Shown piece after piece: positions 48,916 to 61,310 of a DNA stretch of 64,000 nucleotides. The notes below the pieces were generated by a model. That model did no database searches. It was not told the DNA's origin and saw only the letters and a list, made by a program, of their open reading frames with translations. The stretch comes from Camelus ferus (taxonomy: Eukaryota): contig NC_045696.1 of NCBI RefSeq assembly GCF_009834535.1, positions 62,746,001-62,810,000 of the forward strand, in the 5' to 3' direction. The position numbers and the translations under genes are program-made. Position 1 is the stretch's first letter; each line of letters opens with the position of its first letter.

Positions 48916-49815
48916 TTGGAAAAGCAGAGGAAATGCTCCCAATTAAAAGAACAAGAAAAATTCCCTGAAAGAACAAATAACAAAACAGACCTCACCAGTC
49001 TACTAGAGCCAGAGGTCAAAAAGGAGATAATAAAAATGCTTAAAGGAATTAGAAAGGTTATCTATGGAAATGCAGATCACGCTAACAAGGAACTAGAAAC
49101 TAGAAAGAGGAACCAATCAAAATTAGATAACTCAATTGCTGAGATAAAAATCAACCTAACAGCAATAAATAGCAAACTATATTTAGTTTATATTTATATT
49201 TAGGCAGAACAACAAATAAGGGACCTGGAAGGTAGATTAATAGAAATTACCCAATCAGAAAAGCAGACAGAAAGACCAAAAAAAAAAAAGAAACTGTGAC
49301 ATTTAAGAGCTATGGGATAATATAAAGCATGCCAACCTACACATAATGGTCCCAGAAGGCGAAGAAAGAGAAAAGGGGATCGAAAATGTATTGGAAGAAA
49401 TTATGGCTGAAAACTTTGCAAACCTAAAGAAGGAAACAGATATCCAGGTACAGGAAGCAGAGAAGGTGCCAAACAAGATCAACTCAAACAGACCAACACT
49501 TAAGATACACTATAATTTAAATGGCACAAGTTAAAGAGAGGATTCTAAAAGCAGCAAGAGAAAAACAAAGAGTCAGTTACAAGGGAACTCTCATAAAGCT
49601 ATCAGCTGAATTCTCCACAAAAGCTTTGCAGGCCAGAAGGGAGTGGTATGACATATTCAAAAATCCTAAAAGAAAAAAAGCTCCAACTAGGATACTCTAC
49701 CCAGCAAGACTATCATTCAGAATAGGAGAGAGAGAATTTCTCAGACAAGTAAAAACTAAAGAATGCAGCAATACTAAGTCTACCCTAAAAGAAATATTGA
49801 AAGTTCTTCTCAAAT
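48916..49815 (+). pseudogene. L1 ORF1 remnant (element A)
   Basis: Fragments EKQRKCSQLKEQEK..., VPEGEEREKGIENVLEEIMAENFANL and KERILKAAREKQRVSYKG...ILYPARLSF, with frameshifts and stops. Confidence 0.9.
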
Positions 49816-50143
49816 TTAAAAGAAGCCAGAATCTATAGGAAGGGAAAAATCACAATAGGAAAGGCAAATATATAAAAGAATTTAAGATCACTTAAATGAT
49901 CCAGGACATGGATTAAAAAACAATAAAAAAATTTTGATAAAAATGACTATAACTACAATTAACATGAAATTAACATGTTAACATAAATTAGCATGAAAAT
50001 GCAAAATAGGGCATCAAAATCCCAAAATGTGGGAGAGGGGAGTAGAAATGTATCTCTTCTAGAATGTGTTTGAACTTGTATGACTATCAGTTTAAAGCAA
50101 GTAGATATATTTGAAAACCAGGGTAAACACAAAAACATACCAT

Positions 50144-53100
50144 TGGGAGTTCTGGTCAAGAAGGCGGGGTAGTAGGACCACGAGTTGCCTCTCCTCGTGA
50201 CTACAACAAAACCACAACTGAATGCTAAATGACCATCGAAAAAAGACTGGAACCTAGCAAAAAAGATCCGCAACTGGAAACAAAGAGGGAACCACAGCAG
50301 GATGGTAGGAGGAGCATGCTCGCAATATAATTGGGCCCCATGACCCCCTAGGTAGGCAACCCACAAGCTGAAGATTTGTTAAGTCACAGAGGCCCTCCCA
50401 CAGAAGTGAGAGCTCTAGGCCCTATGTTAGGCTCCCCAGTTTGGGTCCCGGCAGTGGGAAGAGGAGACCCCAAGACATCTGGTTTTGAAGGCCAGGGGGG
50501 TGTGGCTCAGGGAGCCCCATGGGACTGGGGGAAACGGAGACTCCATTTGCTTGAGAAGCCTTATACGGAAACTCACGTGCACCAGGTTCAGGGGCAGAGG
50601 CAGTGATTTCATAGGAACGTGGGCCAGACCTGCCTGCTGGTTTTAGAGGGTCTCTTGGGGACATGGGGGACGGCTGCAGCTCACTCAGGGGACATAAAAG
50701 CTGGTGGCGGACATTCTGGGAGTGTTAATCTACATGAGCTTCCCTAGAGGCTGACATCTTGATTGGATCATTAGCACCAAGACCCAGCCCCACCCAACAG
50801 CCTGTAGGGAAGCCTCAGGCCAAACAACATACAGGGTGGGAACACAGCCCACCCATCAGTAGACTTCCTAAGCCACAAAGGCCTCTAGACACGGCCCTAC
50901 CCACCAGAGGTTCAGGACCAAGCTTCTCCCAGCAGTGGGCAGGCACTGGCTCCTCCTGCCAGGAAACCTGCATAAGCTTCTAGTCCAGCCTCATCCACCC
51001 GAGGCATATACTAGAAATAAGAAAACAATAATCCCAAAGTCTGTGGAAGGAATCCACAAACACATAGAAAGATAGACAATATGAGGTGGCAAAGGAGTAT
51101 CTCCCAGGCCAAAGCACAAGATAAAATCCCAGAAGAAGAAATAAGTGATGAGGAGATAGGCAATTCATCTGAGAAAAAGTTTAAAGTAATGATGATCAAG
51201 ATGTTCAAAGAACTCAAGAGGAGTACAGATGCACAGAGTGAAATTTTTAGCAAAGAGTTGGAATACATAAAGAATACCTAAACAGAGTTGAAGAATAAAA
51301 CCACTGAAATGAACACTACACTAGAAGGAACCAAGAATAGATTAAGTGAGGCAGAAGAACGGATCAGTGAGCTAGAAGACAGATTAGTGGAATCACTACC
51401 TCAGAACAGAAAAAAGAATAAAAAGGAATGAGGATAGTTTAACAGAACTCTAGGACAACATGAAGCACTCTAATATTTGCATTATAGGGGTCCCAGAAAG
51501 ACGAGAAAGGACCTGAGAAATTTTTGGAGAGATAATAACTGAAAACTTTCCCAACTTGGAAAGGAAACAGTCACCCAAGTCCTGGAAGCGCAGAGAGTAC
51601 CACATAGAACCAACCCAAAGAGGAACACACCAAGGCACACAGTCATCAAATTGACAACAATTAAGGATAAGGAGAAAATATTAAAGTTAACAAGAGAAAA
51701 GCAACGAATAACACACAAAGGAACTCCCATAAGGTTATCAGCTGACTTTTCAGCAGAAACTCTATATGCCAGAAGGGAGTAGCACAATGTATTTAAAGTG
51801 ACGCAAGGGGGAAACTTAAAACCAAGAATATCTAGCAAGGCTCTCATTCCGACTTGATGGAGAAATCAAAAGCTTCATAGATAAACGAAAGCTAAAAGAT
51901 TTCAGCACCACCAAACCAACTTTACAACAAATGTTAAAGGACCTTCTCTAGTCATCAATCCATAAGAGAAGAGAAAAAAAAGAAGAAAGAAAAAAAAAAA
52001 AGAGAGACCTACAAAAGATTGCTTTGGCTGTTTAGGGTCTTCTGTGGTTCCTTATGCATTTGGAATTGTTTGTTCTAGTTCTGTGAAGAATGTCACGAAT
52101 ATTTTGACGGGAGTTGCGTTGGATCTGTGGATTGCTTTGGGTAGTGTGGCCATTTTGATAGTGTTGATTCTTCCAATCCAAGAGCAAAGAAATCTTTCCA
52201 TTTCTTTGTGTCATTTCAGTTTTCAGAGTATAGGTAACTTCCTTGGTTAAGTTTATTTCTAGGTATTTTGTTGTTTTTGATGTAATGGAGATGTCTCTGC
52301 CAGTTATAAAATTCTGGTTTTTGAAGTGAAAAAAAAAAGTGAATGAAGGGCTGCAAATGGCAAAATATCCTTTTTTTATGGGTGAGTTGCATTCCATTTT
52401 GTTTATATATTTATATATATACATACACACACACACTGCATCTCCATTATCTATTCAACTACTGATATGCACTTAGGATGCTTCCATATCTTGGCAATTA
52501 CAAATAATGTTGCTGTTAATAGCAAGGTGTATGTATCTTTTTGAGTTAATTCTTATTTTGTGTTTGGCTTTATTCCTTTGATAACTATCTAAGTTTAAAA
52601 AGCTAACGCTCTAAACTTTCTTAGAAACAATGAACAGTACATATATGTAAATTAAAAAATATATATGCAGTAAAAAAAAAAAAAGATCAAGCCATGTAAG
52701 ACATAGAAGAAACTTAAAAGACATTACTAAATGAAAGAAGCCAGTCTGAAAAGGCTATAAACTGTACGATTCCAACCAAATGACATTCTGGAAAAGGCAC
52801 AGCTACAGAAACAATAAAAAGACTGTGGTTTCCAGGGTTTTGGGGAGAGGGAGGGAAGGGGGAATGAATAGATGGAGCACAAGGGATTTTTAGGGCAATG
52901 AAATTATTCTGTATGATACTACAGTGGTGGCTACATGTCATTATGCATTTGTCAAAACCCACATAATGTACAACATCAAGAGTGAACCCTAATGTAAACT
53001 ATGGACTTTGGTTGATAATAATGTGCCCATGTTAGTTCATTGATTGTACCAAATATGCCACACTGATGAGGGATGCTGAGGGCAGGGGGTTATATACGTG

Positions 53101-53185
53101 TGGGTGGGGAGGGCTATGTGTGAACTCTATTTTCTGCTCAATTCTCTTGTGAACCTGAAACTGCTCTAAAAGAATAAAGTCTATT
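50144..53185 (+). mobile_element. Nested composite ORF1-only (half-L1-like) retroelement B
   Basis: L1 5' terminus gggagttctggtcaagaaggcgg, 5'UTR, ORF1, inverted L1 pieces, then an L1MC1-like 3' end with AATAAA at 53173-53178. Degenerate TSD aaaaacataccat (50131-50143) / aaaaaaatacaat (53186-53198). Confidence 0.7.
51081..51951 (+). pseudogene. L1-type ORF1 remnant (element B)
   Basis: MRWQRSISQAKAQDKIPEEE...FKVMMIKMFKEL; ends ...caaatgttaaaggaccttctctag (QMLKDLL*). Disrupted. Confidence 0.88.
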
Positions 53186-53190
53186 AAAAA
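52670..53190 (+). mobile_element. L1MC1-like 3'UTR forming the 3' end of element B
   Basis: gaaagaagccagtctgaaaaggcta...tgacattctggaaaaggca...agagtgaaccctaatgtaaactatggactttgg...aactgctctaaaagaataaagtctatt. Confidence 0.85.
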
Positions 53191-53324
53191 AATACAATAG
53201 ATTAAAAAAAAACAAAAAGAAAAGAACTCAAGCATAATACAAAAGAAAACCATCAAACCACAAAAGGAAAAACAAAAGAAATGAACAGAGAAGAGTTACA
53301 AAATCAACTGGAAAACGGCTTAAA

Positions 53325-56300
53325 ATGGCAATACATACATACTTATCAACAATAACTTTAAATGTCAATGGACTACGTGCCCCAATCAAAGAACAGAGTG
53401 GCAGATTGGACAAAAAAACCAAGAACCTTCAATATGCAGCCTACAAGAGATCCATGTTAGGGCAAAAGACACACAAATTGAAAAGTGAGGAGATGGAAAT
53501 AGATCTTTCATGCAAATGGAAATGATGAGAAAGCTCAGGTAGCAATACTTATACCAGACAAAATAGACTTTAAAACAAAGCCCATAAAGAAAGACAAAGA
53601 AGGATGCTATATAATGATACTGGGACCAATACAAGAAGACGATATTACACTTGTTAACATATGCACTCAATATAGGAGCCTCTTAATACATAAAACAAAT
53701 ATAAACAGACATGAAAGAAGAAATTGACAGAAAATGGAGAAATTGACAATTGTATCTGGAAACTTTAATACCCCTTTGAGGGACAGATCCTCCACACAGA
53801 AACTCAATAAGGTAGCAGAGATCATAAATGACATAATAGAATAGTTGGGCCTAATTGTATCTGTAGGACACTGCATCCAAGAAACCAAGAATACACATTA
53901 TTTTCAAGCACACATGGAATATTCTCTAGGATTGACCACATACTACAAAAAAAAGTATCAAAAAGTTCAAGGGGATAAATATTAATTCAAGCATCTTTTC
54001 TGACTACAAAGGGATGAAACTAGAAATCAACCACAGAAAGAAAAATGGGGGAAAATGATCACAGGGAGACCAAACAGTGTGCGATTAAAACATCGATGGA
54101 CTCAAAGATGAAATCAGAAAATACCTTGAGCCAAATGAAAATAAAAACACAACTTTACAAAATCTATGAAAGGCAGCAAAAGCAGTTCTAAGAAGGAAGT
54201 TCATAGTGATACAAGAAATAAGAAATAAGAAATTTCTTCTTCAAGAAATAAGAAAAATCTCAAATGAAGAATCTAACTTACCACCTAAAAGAATTAGAAA
54301 AGAATAAACCAAACCCAAAGTCAGCAGAAGGAAGGAAATAATAAATCAGAGAGGAAATAAATAAAAGACATTTAAAAATAGAAAAGATGAATAAAACCAA
54401 GAACTTAAAAAAAATTTTTAACACCTTTATTATGGTATGTTTCCCATACAGTAAACTACACATATTTGAGATGTACAATGTGATGAACTTTGATAGATGT
54501 ATACATCAATGAAACTACCACAATCAAAATAGCTAACACTTCCATCACTCCCCAAGAGGCACAAATTTCGAATTACCAATTTATCCCTTCCTATCTACTT
54601 TACCCCTTGGTAACCATAAGTTTGTTATCTATGTCTGAGTCTGTTTTTGTTTCATATAAAAATTTATTTGCTTCTTTTTTTTTGTTTTAGATTCCACTTA
54701 TAAGCAATATCATATGATATTTTTCTTTCTCTTTCTGACTTACCTCACTTAGACTGACAATCTTCAGGTTCATCCATGTTGCTGCAAATGGTATTATTTT
54801 ATTCTTTTTATGGCTGAGTAGTATTCCATCATGTATATATACATCTTCTTTATCCAGTCATCTGTTGATAGACATTTATGTTGCTTCCATGTCTTGGCTA
54901 TTGTAAATAGTGCTGCTGTGAATATTGGGGTACATATGTCTTTTCAAATTACAGTTTCCTCAAGATATATACCCAGGAGTGGGATTGCTAGATCTTATGG
55001 TTAAGCCTATTTTTAGTTTTTTTGAGGAGTCTCCATACTGTCCTCCATATTAGCTGCACCAATTTACATTCTCACCAACAGTGTAGGAGATTCCCTAATC
55101 CTTGATGGTAGAACATCTTCTAATATGACGTTTATAATCAAGTTACAAAAAAATTATGGAAATTTATATTTGATAGTTAATAAATCTACAGATGAATAAA
55201 TGACAATCTCTACACTGCTAGCTTGTTTGTTCTCTTCAATTCGCAGCTCAAAAGTCAAAAATCAAAAATTTATGTTCTGACAACCCAGTTAAAAGAACTT
55301 CCTCCCATGACTATATATGTCTTATTTTATGCCTTCACTTACCACCATCTGTGTTTCTTTTACTGATTGTTTTTTTAACATCTTTTTATTGAGTTAGTCA
55401 TTTTACAATGTTGTGTCAAATTCCAGAATAGAGCACAATTTTTCAGTTATACATGAACATACATATATTCATTGCCACATTTTTTTTTCACTGTGAGCTA
55501 CCACAAGATCTTGTATATTTCCCTGTGTTATACAGTATAATCTTGTTTAGTATAATCTTGTTTATCTATTCTGCATATGCCTGTCAGTATCTACTCAAAA
55601 CTACAATGAGGTATCACTTCACACCAGTCAGAATGGCCATCATTCAAAAGTCCACAAATGACAAATGCTGGAGAGGCTGTGGAGAAAAGGGAATCCTCCT
55701 ACACAGCTGGTAGAAATGCAGCCACTGTGGAGAACAGTACAGAGATTCCTCAAAAGACTAGGAATGGACTTACCATATGACCCAGGAATCCTACTCTTGG
55801 GCATATATCCAGAAGGAATCCTATTTCAAAATGACACCTGCACCCCAATGTTCATAGCAGCACTATTTACAATAGCCAAGACATGGCTAAATGTCCATCG
55901 ACAGATGACTGGATAAAGATGTGGTATATTTATACAATGGAATACTATTCAGCCATTAAAAATGACAACGTAAAACCATTTGCAGCAACATGGATGTCCC
56001 TGGAGAACATCATTGTAAGTGAAGTAAGCCAGAAAGAGAAGGAAAAATACCATATGAGATCGCTTATATGTGGAATCTAAAAAAAAAAGAAAAAAGAACA
56101 TAAATACAAAACAGAAACAGACTCACAGACATAGAATACAAACTTGTGGTTGCCAAGGGGGAGGGGATGGGAAGGGACAGACTGGGAGTTCAAAATTTGT
56201 AAAAACCAAGAACTTTTAAAAAATATATAAATAAAATCAACAAAACTCTAGCCAGGCTCACCAAGAAAAGAGAGAGGACCCAAATTAATGAAATAAGAAA

Positions 56301-58793
56301 TGAAAGAGGAGAAATAACCACCAATACCACAGACATACAAAAAAATCATAAGAGAATACTAAGAAAGGTTATATGCCAACAAACTGGACAACCTAGAAGA
56401 AATGGACAAGTTTCTAGAAACATACAGTCTGCCAAAATTGAGTCAAGAAGAAATAGATCATTTGAACAGACTGATCACTAAAAGTGAAATAAAATCCGTA
56501 ATAAAAACACTTCCTGCAAACAAAAGTCCAGGACTCAATGGCTTCACTGAGGAATTCTACCAAACATACGAAGAACTTATACCTATCCTTCTCAAATTCT
56601 TCCAGAAGACAGAAGAGAAGGGAGTATTTCCAAATTTATTCTATGGAGCTACCATCACCCTGATACAAAACCAGACAGAGACACTACAAAAAAAGAAAAT
56701 TACAGACCAATATCTTTGATGAATATAGATGCAAAAATCCTCAACAAAATATTAGCAAACCAAGTCCATAAATCAGTTAATGTGATACAGCCCATCAACA
56801 AAAGGAAAGGCAAAAGCCACATGATCATCTCAATAGATGCAGCAAAAGCATTTGATAAAATTTAACATCCATTCATGAGAAAAACTCTCACCAAAGAGGG
56901 TTTATATGGAACATATCTCAACATAATAAAAGCCATTTCTGACAAATCCACAGCCAACATAATACTCAATGGTGAAAAGCTGAAAGGCCCTCCTGCTAAA
57001 CTCAGAAACAAGACAAGGATGCCCACTCTTACCACTTCTATTCAACACAATACTGCAAGTCCTAGACAAAGTAATCAGACAAAAAATAAAAGGTATCCAA
57101 ATAGAAAGGGAAGGGATAAAACTATTACTATTTGCAGATACTCTATACAGAGAGAATCCTAAATACTTCACACAAAAACTATTAGAACCAATAAATGAAT
57201 TCATCAAGGTAGCAGAGTACAAGATTAATATACATAAATCTGTGGAATTTCTTTACATTAGCCATAAAATATCAGAAAGAGAAACTTTAAAAAAAAACAT
57301 TTAAAATCATGTCAAAACCCAATAATACCTAGGAATAAACTACAGACCTATCTGCTGAAAACTATGAAATATCGATAAAGGAAATTGAGGATGATTCAAA
57401 GAAATGGAAATATATCCCATATTCTTGGATTGCAAGAATTAATATTGTTAAAATGGCCATACTACCCAAAGCAATCTATAGTTTTAATGCAATCCCCAAG
57501 ACATTTTTCACAGAATTAGAACAAATAGTCCTAAAATTTATATGGAACCAGAAAGGACTCATAATTGACAAGGCAACCCTGAGAAAAAAGCACAAAGCGC
57601 AAGGTATAACCCTCCCAGACTTCAGACACTACTACAAAGCTACAGTAATCAAAACAACACTGTACTGGTACAAAACAGACACACAGATCAATGGAACAGC
57701 ATAGAGAGCCCAGAAATAAACCCACACACCTACAGTCAATTCACCTATATCAAAGGAAGCAAGAATATACAATGAAGAAAAGACAATCTCTTCAGTAATT
57801 GGTGTTGGGAAAGTTGGACAGCTTTATATAAACCAATGAAGTTAGAACAGTCCCTCACAACATACATAAAAATAAACTCAAAAATGTTTAAAGACACAAA
57901 TATAAAACATGATACCATAAAACTACTGGAAGAGAACACAGGCAAAACATTCTCAAACATAAATTGTAGCATTTTTTTTAGATCAGTGTGCAAAAGAACT
58001 AAAAGCAAAAATAAACAAATGGGACCTAATCAAATGTAAAAGCTTTTACACAGCAAAGAAAACCATTAACAAAATGAAAAGACCACCTGCAGAATGGGAG
58101 AAAATATTTGCATATGATGCGACTGACAAAGGGTTAATATATGAAATATACAAACAGCTCATACAACTCAATACCAAAAATCCACAAACCCAATCAAAAT
58201 GTAGGCGGAAGGCCTAAATAGACACTTCTCCAAAGACATGCAGATGGCCAACAGACACATGAAAAGATGCTCAACATCACTAATTAGAGAAATGTGAACC
58301 AAAACCACAATGAGGTATAACCTCACACCAGTCAGAATGTCTATCATGAAAAAGTCTATAAATAATAAATGCTGTAGAGACTGTGGAGACAAGGGAACCT
58401 TCGTACACTGTTGGTGGGAATGTACGTTGGTGCAGCCACTATGGAAAATAGTATGGAGGTTCCTTAAAAAGCCAAAAATAGAACTACCATATAATCCAGC
58501 AATCCTACTCCTGGGCATATATCTGGCAAAGACAAAAACTCTAATTTAAAAAGACACATGCACCCCAATGTTCACAGCAACACTATTTACAATAGCCAAT
58601 ACATGGAAACAACCCAAGTGCCCATCCACAGATGACTGGCTCAAGAAGATGTGATATACATATGCAATGGAGTATTACTCAGCCATAAAAATGAAATATT
58701 GTCATTTGCAGCAACATGGATGGACCTACAGAATATCACACTAAGTGAATTAAGTCAGACAGAGAAAGAAATATCACTTACATGTGGAATCTG
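53325..58793 (+). pseudogene. L1 ORF2 remnant (EN-RT-C) of element A, interrupted at 54407-56201
   Basis: EN start [20 protein letters not shown]...[30 protein letters not shown] and HCWWEC motifs, with many frameshifts and deletions. Confidence 0.9.
54407..56201 (-). mobile_element. Nested insertion C: 5'-inverted (twin-primed) L1 with 3' transduction
   Basis: Perfect 14-bp TSD aaaaccaagaactt (54393-54406 and 56202-56215). Inverted segment 55595-56201, L1 tail 55594-55370, extra sequence 55369-54414. Confidence 0.85.
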
Positions 58794-59939
58794 AAAAAAA
58801 ATATATAATTTGAATCTATATACAAAATAGAAGCAGACTCACAGACAGAAAACTTATGGTTACCAATGTGGAAAGGGAGATGGAGGGATAAATTAGGAGT
58901 ATGGGATTAACACTATATGTAAGATAGACACATAACATGAATTTACTGTATATATACAGGAAACTATATTCAATCTTATAATGGAAAATAATCTGAAAAA
59001 ATATACATAGATATAATGGAATCACTTTGCTGTATACCTGAAACTAACATGATATTGTAAATCTACTATGCTTCAATCAAAAAATAAAAATAAAATCCAA
59101 CTTGGCATCCTCGTGTTCTAGACAGTCACCGAGGGGATGGGGGAGGCCCCCAGGCAGTCTGAGTGAGGCAAGTGGGGTCTGGGGAACTGCTCTTGACCTA
59201 TTCATCATGGGAGGGGGTGGTTCTGAAACCTGTGGTTGTGGTCACTTGGTAGCAAAGGTGGCTCTGTCCAGAGCACCCTCCCTGCTCCTCGCTCCCTTTC
59301 TTCTTTCCCACCTCCTGCTCCTTCACAAAGGCTCAGCTCAGGGCTGCAGGAAGCCTTCTCTGAACCCCCATCTGAGGTTAGATGTCCCTCCTCTGTCACC
59401 CATGACACTGAAGCACCCCTTTGCAACAATGTGGAGAATTTCACGTGTCGGGGGTTTCCTGTAAGAGAAAGCAACCACACTGAGCGACGGGCTCTGTCTC
59501 CTGAGCGGCAGGCGTGGAGGAGGCCCAGGAACATGGAGCTGCTGGGCCTCTGACGAGCAGCATCCTATAGCCCGTGGCCCGGCCTGCAGAGGGAAGCAGA
59601 AGTCCAGGGGGGCGTTGGCAGGAGGCTGTGAGGCCTGGACAGAGAACCGCTAGGGCCTATTTTAAGACAAGAGCCACGAGTGAGGGTTCCAGAGCATGGA
59701 GGGCATGGAGAGACATAAGAGGAGTTTTGCAGAAAGTATAAGAGACGGTGACACTGGTGGCAGGGTTTACGAATGGGATCACCTTTACCCTTTTTCAAGA
59801 AACACAAACACAGATTGACCTTGCTCTGGTATTTAATTCTGGCTGCTGGACTACCTGCTGTTGGATGCCACAAAAGGTAGAGACTGGGTCATGTGGGGCC
59901 AAAGGGTTTGTTGCACAGACACTACTGTCACCTTGCAGC

Positions 59940-60070
59940 CTCTTCAGTCTTACCACCTGCCTATCTCCTGTGCACTCCTCGAAGGCAGGAACCCTGGCGT
60001 CCTTGTGCCCCCAGCACCTGACACAGTGCCTGCGTGAGGTGGTTGCTCACTCAGTCTGGGTTGTTTGATT
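59940..60070 (+). mobile_element. L2 3' end fragment
   Basis: ctcctcgaaggcaggaacc...gtgcccccagcacctgacacagtgcctg...gctcactca. Confidence 0.6.
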
Positions 60071-60195
60071 GTAAGATTAAGTGAGGAGAGAAGAGAAATG
60101 GCACCAGTGGATTTGGGGAGCAAGAGGGAAGAGTGAAGAGAGGCCCAGAGTTGCCCAGGTCACAGAATCCCAGTAGGGCCAAAGGAGGAGTGGAT

Positions 60196-60790
60196 CTACT
60201 TCAGGATGACACCTGCACCCCAATGTTCATAGCAGCACTATTTACAATAGCCAAAACATGGAAACAGCCTAAATGTCCATCAACAGGTGACTGGATAAAG
60301 AAGATGTGGTATATTTATACAATGGAATACTACTCAGCCACAAAAACCGACAACATAATGCCATTTGCAGCAACATGGATGCTCCTGGAGAATGTCATTC
60401 TAAGTGAAGTAAGCCAGAAAGAGAAAGAAAAATACCATATGAGATCGCTCATATGTGGAATCTAAAAAACAAAAACAAAAACAAACAAACAACAAAACAC
60501 AAAAAACAAAGCATAAATACAAAACAGAAACAGACTCATAGACATAGAATACAAACTTGTGGCTGCCAAGGGTGCGGAGGGTGGGAAGGGATAGAAGGGA
60601 TTTCAAAATTGTTGAATAGATAAACAGGATTATACTGTATAGCACAGGGAAATATACACAAAATCTTATGGTAGCTCACAGAGAAAAAAATGGGACAATG
60701 AATATATATATGTTCATGTATAACTGAACACTGGAATTTGACACAACATTGTAAAATGATTATAAATCAATAAAAAATGTTTTAAAAAAA
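60196..60790 (+). mobile_element. Young 5'-truncated LINE-1 3' end
   Basis: Uninterrupted ORF2 C-terminus [24 protein letters not shown]...YHMRSLICGI*, 3'UTR, AATAAA and A-tail. Very similar to 55595-56201. Confidence 0.92.
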
Positions 60791-61230
60791 GATAAAGACT
60801 TAGAAGCAGTTTTTTTTTTAAAGGGGAGAGGAAGAAATCATGTCCTGTTGATGATAAAGATGAGATGTTTATTAAAACAGCCAAGTATAGATCTCAAATA
60901 TACTGTTGGAATTCAGGGGAGAGGCTGATTATGGGCTATCAGTCTGAGGGTCATATTTATGGTTTCAGGATGGTTAAGTGAGGACATATTGTACCCTCCT
61001 TCTCTTCTTGAAAATCACCTCCAATATAAAACAAAATCCTGAAATAAAACCCCAAGACTGATGAAGTGAGGAGGTATCTGTAACCCGAAACCACAACAAT
61101 GAAGATGGGAAGCAGACAGAGAAACAAGAAACGGATCAGCAGAGAAGAAAAAGCTCTGGTCTAAATGTCAGAAGGTAGAGGGTACCGGGAGGGAGGGAGC
61201 TGGTCTACCCTGCAGCACAGGAGCAGGAGG

Positions 61231-61310
61231 TGGGGGGGGGGGGGCATGAGATAGGAAAGGTGGGAGTGAGGCCAGGGGAATGGGGGCTGAAGACGGGGGG
61301 GGGGGGGGGG
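61231..61310 (+). repeat. Poly-G tracts (about G13 and G16)
   Basis: Directly visible. Confidence 0.85.

Larger units (their letters stand above)
48150..59097 (+). mobile_element. Decayed near-full-length LINE-1 (host element A), interrupted by two nested insertions; 5' boundary approximate
   Basis: 5'UTR remnant, ORF1 at about 48916-49815, inter-ORF spacer, ORF2 from 53325 (MAIHTYLSTITLNVNGL), RT region at 56400-57300, C-terminal domain, 3'UTR and A-tail to about 59096. Confidence 0.9.

Noticed and set aside
60133..60465. 110-aa ORF as a host gene
   Set aside because: It is the L1 ORF2 C-terminus with a chance in-frame upstream extension.
60181..60833. aaaggaggagtgga / aaaggggagagga as the TSD of the young L1
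   Set aside because: Needs an indel plus a mismatch and is separated from the A-tail by unrelated sequence with a T-run; too weak for such a young copy.
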